Virus record (IMG/VR): IMGVR_UViG_3300042807_000220
Span: 1-24,189 of that record
Origin: a virus
Taxonomy: Duplodnaviria; Caudoviricetes
Length of the DNA: 24,189 nucleotides
Reading direction: 5' to 3' (one strand)
Below the pieces are notes generated by a model. That model made no database searches. It worked only from the letters and a program-made list of their open reading frames with translations, and was not told the origin of the DNA. The position numbers and the translations under genes were made by a program. Positions 17,277 to 24,189 of the stretch are shown here, one piece after another. Within the stretch, counting starts at the first letter, position 1. Each line of letters opens with the position of its first letter.

Positions 17277-17834
17277 GTGGCTGAAGAAGTCGTGAACAGC
17301 GTCGTGGACCAGTCGGCTGAGGTAGTTGCCCCAGAGGTAGCTACTGTGCCCACTGAGAACGACGGTGATGTCGCCACTTGGAAGAAGCGTCTAGCAGGCA
17401 AGGATCAGGCGCTCACCGCTGTCAAGAAGGAACTTGATGACATCAAGTCCAAGGCAGAGGAACTCGCTCGCTGGAAGGCGGAGCAGGAGCAGGCTCAGAT
17501 GACGGAGTTCGAGAAGGCGCAAGCCAAGATTCGAGAACTGGAGTCAAAGGCCGCTGCTGCCGAGCAAGCTGCGAAAGAGGAGCGATTAGCGCGGGAATTC
17601 CCTCTCGCTTACCAGTTCCAGAAAGATACCAGTGGTCTCGATGAAACCTCCCGCGCTGCTGCGCTAGAGAAGTTCATCCGAGAGGCTGCTGCTGTCAAGG
17701 AACAGGTCGAGACGGCACCTGCCATCGTTGATCCAAACAATGCGCGTCGGGCAACCGCTGCGCCAATTACCAAGCCAGATTCCAAGAGCATCTCAGATAA
17801 GCTCAAGGGACTGGGTAATCCATTCGCTGATTAG
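17277..17834 (+). CDS. Capsid scaffolding protein
   Basis: GTG 17277 with AAGGAG RBS. Acidic N-terminus and Glu/Lys/Ala coiled coil (MTEFEKAQAKIRELE). Directly upstream of the MCP. Confidence 0.85.
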   Translation: MAEEVVNSVVDQSAEVVAPEVATVPTENDGDVATWKKRLAGKDQALTAVKKELDDIKSKAEELARWKAEQEQAQMTEFEKAQAKIRELESKAAAAEQAAKEERLAREFPLAYQFQKDTSGLDETSRAAALEKFIREAAAVKEQVETAPAIVDPNNARRATAAPITKPDSKSISDKLKGLGNPFAD

Positions 17835-17848
17835 GAAGGAGTAGCTAC

Positions 17849-18841
17849 ATGGCTACCACACTTACCAGCACGTCGGGTTTCGCTGACCTCGTACAGGAGC
17901 TGGTTTCAGCTCGTGCCGAGGAAGAGCTTCGCGCCCGTGCCGTGCACGCGATGCCAGGGCTTTACGTCCCTGCTCGCTTCGTTAAGGGGACGAACACCCT
18001 CCGCTACGCTCGTTATGCTGACCTTGGTGTCAACACGACCCCGCTGACGGAAGGCGCCCCGCCTGTTGACCAGGCTCTGACGATTTCATCCGAGTTCTTC
18101 ACTGCTACGCAGTACGGTGCTACGGTTGCGATTTCGGACCTTGCCAACATTGACTCGCCACACGACCTCATTAGCATTGCCGCAGAGCGCGTTGCGTATC
18201 AGGCTGTCCGCTCGATGGACCAGCTCGTTCGAGATGCAATCCACACGCAGGCTAACACTGACACGACCGCCGCTGGCGGCACGGCAGTGTGGGGCGCCAC
18301 GGCTTCGGCAACGCTCACGGCTAACGCCGCGAACAGCGCCGTTGCAACCGCTGGTGTTCTCAATGGCCGCTTTGTGAAGGAGATCGTTGCACGCCTCAAG
18401 GGTGCAAACGTTCCAGCCTTCGCTGACGGCATGTACCGTGCTATCATTCACCCGTCACAGGAGTTCGACTTGATTTCGGACACCGCCGTGAACGGCTGGA
18501 TCGAGGCTCGCAAGTACACTGATCCTTCGGGCATCCTTACGGGTGAGATTGGTCAGTTCGCTGGCGTGCGCTTCATCGTTTCGGCTGACGCCAAGGTCTA
18601 CGCGACCGCTGGTGCTTCGGCTCAGAACGTGTACGCCGCCCTGTTCCTTGGCCCTGACGCCTACACGATTGGCGACAGCCAGACCCTCCAGAGCTACTTC
18701 GTAGCACCTGGTGGCGACCACACCGACCCACTCGCACAGAAGGCGCTGTTGGGTTACAAGATGCGCTTCGGCGCTCTGCCGCTTCAGAAGGCAGGCCCAC
18801 GATTCCGCATCGTCAAGACTCAGGCTACGGTCTCGGTCTAA
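17849..18841 (+). CDS. Major capsid protein (HK97 fold, N4-gp56-like family)
   Basis: Strong AAGGAG RBS and strongly biased codons. Motifs PLTEG, QYG, YRAIIHP, GEIGQFAGVRFI, DPLAQKALLGYK. Confidence 0.92.
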   Translation: MATTLTSTSGFADLVQELVSARAEEELRARAVHAMPGLYVPARFVKGTNTLRYARYADLGVNTTPLTEGAPPVDQALTISSEFFTATQYGATVAISDLANIDSPHDLISIAAERVAYQAVRSMDQLVRDAIHTQANTDTTAAGGTAVWGATASATLTANAANSAVATAGVLNGRFVKEIVARLKGANVPAFADGMYRAIIHPSQEFDLISDTAVNGWIEARKYTDPSGILTGEIGQFAGVRFIVSADAKVYATAGASAQNVYAALFLGPDAYTIGDSQTLQSYFVAPGGDHTDPLAQKALLGYKMRFGALPLQKAGPRFRIVKTQATVSV

Positions 18842-18859
18842 TCGGACGGGGCACCGATA

Positions 18860-18891
18860 CTCCCCACCTGGTCAATTGACTGGGTGGGGAG
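18860..18891 (+). terminator. Strong hairpin after the MCP gene (terminator or RNA-stability element)
   Basis: CTCCCCACCTGGTC-AATT-GACTGGGTGGGGAG: 14-bp stem with 2 G-U pairs, 18 nt after the MCP stop. No poly-U tail. Confidence 0.6.
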
Positions 18892-18982
18892 GCCCCACCA
18901 AAATCAACGGAGAGGCACCTAGGAGCCACTAGGAGCCACGAAAAGGGTCAGGGTGGTACCCAGATACCACCAGAGGGTCGAT

Positions 18983-20215
18983 ATGCTGAAAGTCCTAGTT
19001 TGGGGACACGTCGAGGACGGTCCCTGCGCCTACTTCCGTGGGCACCAGTTCTCTGACGAACTCAAGAAGCTCGGCGTGGAATATCGCGGGCTGAACAAAG
19101 TCGGAATGAAGATCAAAGAGGGCGGCGAGAAATTGCTCCTCCCCGAAGCGATGGCTAAGGGTCTTGTGGACTTCGACACTTCCGACGTGGACTGGGCAGA
19201 TGTCGTCGTTTTCCGACGCTACTACAACACCACGATCTGCTGCAAGACGGAAGAGTGCTCATTCGTCACCTTCTCCTACGCAGAGGCAGTCAAGCATGAG
19301 CACGGCTGGAAAGAGCGCGACCTCATTACGCGGCTCCTCTGGCCCACCTTCCAGTACGCCAACCACGGCAAGGCTATTGTCTATGAGACGGACGATGACC
19401 ACTTCAATATCCGCCCGTGGAATGGCTACATCAAGGATGTCGTCCCAGAGTACGAACTCATTGAGCAGATGGCCAAGCGTGCCGATCTGGTCACCACATC
19501 TACCAGCACCATTGCTCGGCGCTATGCGCGATTCAATGACAACATCCGCGTCATCCGAAACGCCATCGACCCAGAACTCTACCAGGCGACAACGGAGCGA
19601 CCAGAAGGCGATAAGCCACGAGTGGTCTACTACGGAAGCACCGCTCGGCTCCGCGACTACGCTGGGTTCCCAGAAGGTCCACGCGGAAAGATTGCTGGCG
19701 GATACGCTGGCAAGGCAGTTACCGATCTTCGCAATGAACTACATACCGTCTTCGTTGGCACAAACCCTGGAACCGAGAACATCGTCGCACAGTTCTTCCA
19801 AGAGCAGTACGGCTACATTGAGGGAATCCAGAAGTTCTGCGAGACTCTCGCCAACACCCACCCAGACATCGGCATTGCCCCACTGATGGGCGATGAGTTT
19901 GACCAAGCCAAGTCCGAACTCCACTGGCTTGAGTACGCCATGACGGGAGCCGCCTTCATCGGTGAGAGATTCCGTGGCGATGGTCCGTACCAGATGGTCC
20001 GCGACGGCGTAGATGGGCTGCTTGCCCGTGGTCGTGGCGAATGGTACGACGCAATGAAAAAGCTCACACGCAGCAAAGATCTACGAGAACAACTCGCAGG
20101 TGCGGCGCGTGAGCGTGTGCTAAAGGAATATCACTACAAGGATCGAGCAAAGGAATGGGCTGACGCCTTCAAATGGGCAGCCGAGAATAAAGGCAAAGGA
20201 GCCAAGATCGCATGA
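18983..20215 (+). CDS. Glycosyltransferase, GT-B fold (GT4 / Glycos_transf_1-like)
   Basis: Likely start ATG 18983 (GAGGG RBS). Motifs GPCAYFR, DVVVFRR, IVYETDDD, ADLVTTST, VIRNAID, DIGIAPL...KSELHWLEYAMTG, DGVDGLL, LREQLAGAARERV. Confidence 0.9.
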   Translation: MLKVLVWGHVEDGPCAYFRGHQFSDELKKLGVEYRGLNKVGMKIKEGGEKLLLPEAMAKGLVDFDTSDVDWADVVVFRRYYNTTICCKTEECSFVTFSYAEAVKHEHGWKERDLITRLLWPTFQYANHGKAIVYETDDDHFNIRPWNGYIKDVVPEYELIEQMAKRADLVTTSTSTIARRYARFNDNIRVIRNAIDPELYQATTERPEGDKPRVVYYGSTARLRDYAGFPEGPRGKIAGGYAGKAVTDLRNELHTVFVGTNPGTENIVAQFFQEQYGYIEGIQKFCETLANTHPDIGIAPLMGDEFDQAKSELHWLEYAMTGAAFIGERFRGDGPYQMVRDGVDGLLARGRGEWYDAMKKLTRSKDLREQLAGAARERVLKEYHYKDRAKEWADAFKWAAENKGKGAKIA

Positions 20216-20856
20216 GCACCACGTTCGCAAGCCTACTCACTTCGCTGCGGCTCTCCCTACGTGACCCTAACGGGACAACGTGGTCGGACGCCCAACTCGG
20301 TGAACTCATCAACCGTGGCATTGACGCCATTGGCGATGTCTACCAGTCCGAAGCAATCCAGTCCACCGCCTTCACCCAGCCAGTAAGTGGCTCGGTGTTT
20401 AGCGTTTCGCTTACCACGGTGACGTGGCCAGTGCGCGTTGATGTCTATGACGCAAGCGGGAAATATCGTGAGACGGTTCGACCCTCGTCTGGCGATGGTC
20501 CCGATTCGGGTTGGGAGACGCATGGAGGAATCCTGTATCTCCCAACCCGCTATACCCTAGCGGCTGGGACAGGCACGCTCAACATCGTTGGCTATGGTCC
20601 GTGGACGCAGATCAACACGGCGCAGACCACCTCCTCCACCAACCTAGACACGACCGCGCAGAACGCCGTCAAGGTCTACGTTGAGGCAGAGGCACTTACG
20701 ATGCTCACCTTTGACCGAGCGCAATACCAGCAGTGGCAGGTCTCGTCTGGCTCATCCGACATCTCTGCCCTTGGCATGAACAATCTTGCCCTTGCTGCCC
20801 AGCAGCGATGGCGACAGGAGAAGAACCGCATTCGAAGATTCCGTAAGGGAGGCTGA
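20212..20856 (+). CDS. Putative head-tail adaptor/connector protein
   Basis: LRLSLRDPNGTTWSDAQLGELINRGI N-terminal pattern, central beta insert (ILYLP) and helical C-terminus, as in podovirus-type adaptors. ATGA overlap. Confidence 0.7.
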   Translation: MSTTFASLLTSLRLSLRDPNGTTWSDAQLGELINRGIDAIGDVYQSEAIQSTAFTQPVSGSVFSVSLTTVTWPVRVDVYDASGKYRETVRPSSGDGPDSGWETHGGILYLPTRYTLAAGTGTLNIVGYGPWTQINTAQTTSSTNLDTTAQNAVKVYVEAEALTMLTFDRAQYQQWQVSSGSSDISALGMNNLALAAQQRWRQEKNRIRRFRKGG

Positions 20857-20858
20857 TC

Positions 20859-21755
20859 GTGGATTTCAACAGGGAAATCAAGATCGCCACTGGTACGGCG
20901 ACCTCAGCGTACCTCAATCTCAACAGCATCACTGCTGCCCCGACAGTTGGTACGCCGTTTAGCGGCTACCTGCTGGAGAGCGTCTCGTATGCCAACTCTG
21001 GCGTTAGCGGGTTCATGGACTCGCTGGCCCAGCGTGACGGTGCGGAAGCGAACATCGCCCTGCTCGGAACTCGCCAGATCCAGTTGATCGTGCAGGTCTA
21101 CGGCTCTTCGTCCGCAGACTTCTACGACAAGCTCAACGCTCTCAACTCGTCGCTTCAACCATACCCGTCATTCGCCACAAGCGATGACGGGTTCCGTTCG
21201 TTGGACTTTGATCAGGCAACGCTGAACACCACCGCTTATACCAGCGGGTTCATCAATATGCGGATGAAGGTGCGACCGACAAGCATCCCAACCTATAACC
21301 TGAACAACGATCTGGTGACCCCTCGAACGACAGATCGCGGTATCTCCACCAAGGCTGCGGTCTCGCTCATCGCCAAAGATCCGCGCAAGATTAGCCAAAG
21401 CGCGACGACGGGAACAGTTAATGTTTCTTCATCTTCGGCAACGACCACGACGCTGACGAACAACGGCAACTATGTGGCGTACCCAACCTTTGTCTTTGTG
21501 AATGCTGCAACGGCCAGCCGAACGGCGACCATCAGCACCAGCGCGTGGACGAGCGTGTTCACTCTACCTGCGTCCTCAACCGTGACCATTGACGCATACA
21601 ATCGAACGGTCAAGATTGGCACCGCGCTGCGGATGGACTTGGTTTCCTCTGGCACGACAAGTATGCCGTATCTCCTCTCTGGGTCTACGGTCATCACGGT
21701 ATCGGCTATGGATTCCGTGACGGGAACATACAGCTTCAATGAGGCGTGGCTATGA
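20859..21755 (+). CDS. Distal tail (Dit)-like protein
   Basis: RDGA...GTRQIQLIVQV, LIAKDPRK, LTNNGNYVAYPTF, VTIDAYNRTV, PYLLSG and terminal FNEAWL are all Dit/Sipho_tail-like. GTG start with GGAGG RBS. Confidence 0.75.
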   Translation: MDFNREIKIATGTATSAYLNLNSITAAPTVGTPFSGYLLESVSYANSGVSGFMDSLAQRDGAEANIALLGTRQIQLIVQVYGSSSADFYDKLNALNSSLQPYPSFATSDDGFRSLDFDQATLNTTAYTSGFINMRMKVRPTSIPTYNLNNDLVTPRTTDRGISTKAAVSLIAKDPRKISQSATTGTVNVSSSSATTTTLTNNGNYVAYPTFVFVNAATASRTATISTSAWTSVFTLPASSTVTIDAYNRTVKIGTALRMDLVSSGTTSMPYLLSGSTVITVSAMDSVTGTYSFNEAWL

Positions 21756-23803
21756 GCGATCAGAAGAAGTTCCGAATCACCCTCTGGGCTGTTGACACTA
21801 CCGCTGGGACGAGCGGTGGGTGGCGCGGAGAGCAGAAGGCAGTGGTCTTTGACGCCAGCGCAATTGGCGTAGAGGAGCATGCAAATGATGTCGGCTCTGC
21901 ATTCTGGACGCTAGACAATAACCATCCACAGATTGCGGAGTTTGTTCCGCTTGCTCGGCACTATGAGATTGCCCGATGGTCAGAGGCTCGCTCTCGATGG
22001 GAGTTCGTCGGCGCTGGCATCCTCAACGACTACTCAGTCACCGAGTGGGAGACCACCTTCCAGGGCATTGACTACAAGGCTGTGCTCAACCAGTTGTATA
22101 CGCCGCTCTCTGGGATTACTACAGACAATGCCAGGCCGCTTTCTGGCAGGCTTGGCACTGGCGTTGCTCCGCTGAATACTGTCTTTGATATCGCGGTGGC
22201 AACCTCGACTGCGGCACTGCGCTACATCAATACCACAGCGTTCTCCGTAACTGGACCGACGGTTAGCGCCTATGCTGGTGTTGTTCGTCAGATCGACTTC
22301 GCGGAGGCCACTGCAATCGCTGCCCAGTACGGAAACACTGGCTACGATGACTTCTCGCCAACCCCAGGACTCTTTGAGAATGTCATGTGGCGAGGGACAC
22401 CAGACGAATACCGAACGTATTGGACGACACCAGAACTGCAACTAGGTTGGTCGGCAGTTTGGAATGGCGGAACCGCATCGACGGCATATGACAAGACATC
22501 CCTTCAGTGGCGTGTGTACGCCTACCCGCCAACAGACGAAGATCAGGGCAATCCACCTCTTGCGAAAGCTGGAATGATTGGCGACTTCACGCTTGATTAC
22601 GCATTTGATACTGGCACAACGTTGCCCAACGGCACAAGCCTTGGCGTCCAATCTTTTAGGCTTTTTCCACAGGAGCTAGAGGACGCAATTACCGCGCTTC
22701 CAGACCCTGCTGGCCTATCCCCAGATGGGAAGGCGTACTTTGACGGTAGTGCGTATCTCGCCGCAAGCAATGATCCATCGCTATTTGAATACAACAATGC
22801 AGCACCACTTCGGATTGGGGTCAGTTACGGGTTCCAGATCTATGCTGCCATCTATCGCTCTACTGGTAACGGCATTTGGTATCGTAGTGAGAACGGCACA
22901 ATCATGAGTTCCACTGATACCTCTAGCCCAAGATACAACCTTCCGTATCAGTTCACCCTTGGTCAGTCTACCGAGAATGCAAATACCATGGTTGGGCGAA
23001 TCTTCAATCAGGCAGTAACTGCGACGGACTCAGACTACTCTCGACTAAGATACTCTGGATTGACGGTAATCAACTCTGGATCAACCGCAACGACACATAC
23101 GGTGCTGACTGCTGGCGAGCCAGTTCTTGATCATATTGCCAGCATCTGTGACCTTGAGATGGGCGCAAAGACAGATGGTAGTAAGGTTGTCTTTGGGATC
23201 AAGAAGCCGACGGGCGGGGCGACATACGACGGTGACTTCCAGCTCAACTTGTCGGTATCTAGTGCCGCGTCCACGGCGCTGGCTTTGAGATACCCAGAGA
23301 ACATCCGTTCGTTCTCGTTTACCCCAGGATACTCTCGCGTCCGCAATGACATCAAGGTCATCCCGACAACAGGGTATCTCGCTGGATCTAGTGGGCAGAA
23401 TGTTGGGGGAGTCAGCCTCATCGGGGCTACGGCAGTTGACCAGTCAAGCATTAGCGTCAACGGTCGAATCACTTTGCTGGCACCAAAGGATAATCTTCTT
23501 AACGCCGCCGCTGCCCAGAACGAAGCCAACCGTTTGCTCAACACGTACAAGGTTGCCAACAGTAAACAGGTCGGCATCAGGGCGGTGCTGGATGGCATTG
23601 ACCTGTGGAACGGTTGGGATGTAGGCGACTCCATCCGAGTCACCATCAACCAAGGGCTGGCAAACGTGGACGAGCCGTTCGTCATCGCTGGCGTCCGCTG
23701 GTTTGGTGAGTCCGATGGACACGAGCGCATTGAACTAGACCTGGTGCAAGGTAGTGCCTTCGCTGCTGCATACACTGCGCCTCCAACTACGAGCGTCACA
23801 TGA
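21752..23803 (+). CDS. Baseplate hub / Tal-like minor tail protein with large central insertion
   Basis: ATG 21752 overlaps the Dit stop. Hub-like N-terminus (NDVGSAFWTL...FQGIDYKAVL) and C-terminus (LRYPENI...WDVGDSIRVTI), resembling Gp37/ReqiPepy6-like proteins. Confidence 0.7.
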   Translation: MSDQKKFRITLWAVDTTAGTSGGWRGEQKAVVFDASAIGVEEHANDVGSAFWTLDNNHPQIAEFVPLARHYEIARWSEARSRWEFVGAGILNDYSVTEWETTFQGIDYKAVLNQLYTPLSGITTDNARPLSGRLGTGVAPLNTVFDIAVATSTAALRYINTTAFSVTGPTVSAYAGVVRQIDFAEATAIAAQYGNTGYDDFSPTPGLFENVMWRGTPDEYRTYWTTPELQLGWSAVWNGGTASTAYDKTSLQWRVYAYPPTDEDQGNPPLAKAGMIGDFTLDYAFDTGTTLPNGTSLGVQSFRLFPQELEDAITALPDPAGLSPDGKAYFDGSAYLAASNDPSLFEYNNAAPLRIGVSYGFQIYAAIYRSTGNGIWYRSENGTIMSSTDTSSPRYNLPYQFTLGQSTENANTMVGRIFNQAVTATDSDYSRLRYSGLTVINSGSTATTHTVLTAGEPVLDHIASICDLEMGAKTDGSKVVFGIKKPTGGATYDGDFQLNLSVSSAASTALALRYPENIRSFSFTPGYSRVRNDIKVIPTTGYLAGSSGQNVGGVSLIGATAVDQSSISVNGRITLLAPKDNLLNAAAAQNEANRLLNTYKVANSKQVGIRAVLDGIDLWNGWDVGDSIRVTINQGLANVDEPFVIAGVRWFGESDGHERIELDLVQGSAFAAAYTAPPTTSVT

Positions 23804-24036
23804 CAGGCAGCCAGTTTACCACACTCCTCAACGCCATTGAGAACGTCCGCAATGACCTTTCGGTAAAGCTGGACACCATCGAGGAGCGACTCCGTACCGT
23901 AGAGGTAGATCAGGCAAAGGCATCCGCCGTTGTGGAAAACGACAAGGAGCGTTCGCTTGGTGTACAATGGAAGGTAGGGATCGCCGTGTCCGCTGTGGGC
24001 GTGGTAGCAACCCTGATCGTAAGCCTACTTCAGTAG
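23800..24036 (+). CDS. Small coiled-coil protein with C-terminal TM helix (XhlA/holin-like)
   Basis: KLDTIEERLRTVE coiled coil followed by WKVGIAVSAVGVVATLIVSLL. ATGA overlap. Confidence 0.7.
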   Translation: MTGSQFTTLLNAIENVRNDLSVKLDTIEERLRTVEVDQAKASAVVENDKERSLGVQWKVGIAVSAVGVVATLIVSLLQ

Positions 24037-24049
24037 GCTGGGAGTATAC

Positions 24050-24189
24050 ATGAGTCTAGAACAAGATATCCATGCCATGCGGCAGATGGGGCTTCCGTTC
24101 TCGATTATTGGATTAAAGCTCGGCCTCACGAAAGATCAAGCGCAGAAGCGATACCAAAGATTCCTGTTGTCCAACCCCCTCCCCCACAC
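24050..24189 (+). CDS. Partial gene with N-terminal helix-turn-helix (runs off window)
   Basis: GGGAG RBS then ATG 24050. MSLEQDIHAMRQMGLPFSIIGLKLGLTKDQAQKRYQRFLLSNPLPH..., with no stop before the window end. Confidence 0.65.
   Translation, partial: MSLEQDIHAMRQMGLPFSIIGLKLGLTKDQAQKRYQRFLLSNPLPH

Noticed and set aside
23131-23967. 278-aa minus-strand ORF
   Set aside because: Antisense to the hub and membrane-protein genes; no motif support.
391-24189. Stop-codon recoding, introns/inteins, diversity-generating retroelement, tRNAs, integrase
   Set aside because: Genes are intact and densely packed under the standard code with all three stops in use. TerL and MCP are of normal length. No reverse transcriptase, tRNA or recombinase signature was seen by eye.

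Overview
The window is the virion packaging, structure and lysis module of a tailed dsDNA phage (Caudoviricetes). All credible genes are on the + strand and tightly coupled, many by ATGA/TAATG-type overlaps. Order: a ~390 bp non-coding region with a tandem pair of palindromic repeats; small Lys/Arg-rich proteins and an HExxH protein; a tail fibre with a tail-collar domain; a small Cys4 protein; a TerS-like protein; a secreted PPC-like/Pro-Thr-linker protein with a 2-TM partner; a C39-like Cys peptidase; a holin; a DUF6321-like protein; terminase large subunit; portal; two very large proteins (probably internal virion/ejection proteins); scaffold; N4-gp56-type major capsid protein; a GT4-like glycosyltransferase; head-tail adaptor; Dit-like and hub/Tal-like tail proteins; a small coiled-coil/TM protein; and a truncated HTH gene. 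The main oddities are (i) siphovirus-like Dit/hub genes directly after the adaptor, with no tail tube, chaperone or tape-measure gene between them, (ii) a glycosyltransferase wedged between capsid and adaptor, and (iii) a lysis region with no recognisable muralytic glycosidase or amidase but a surface-protein/membrane-protein/C39-peptidase/holin cassette. All family calls come from motif recognition by eye; no database searches were run.
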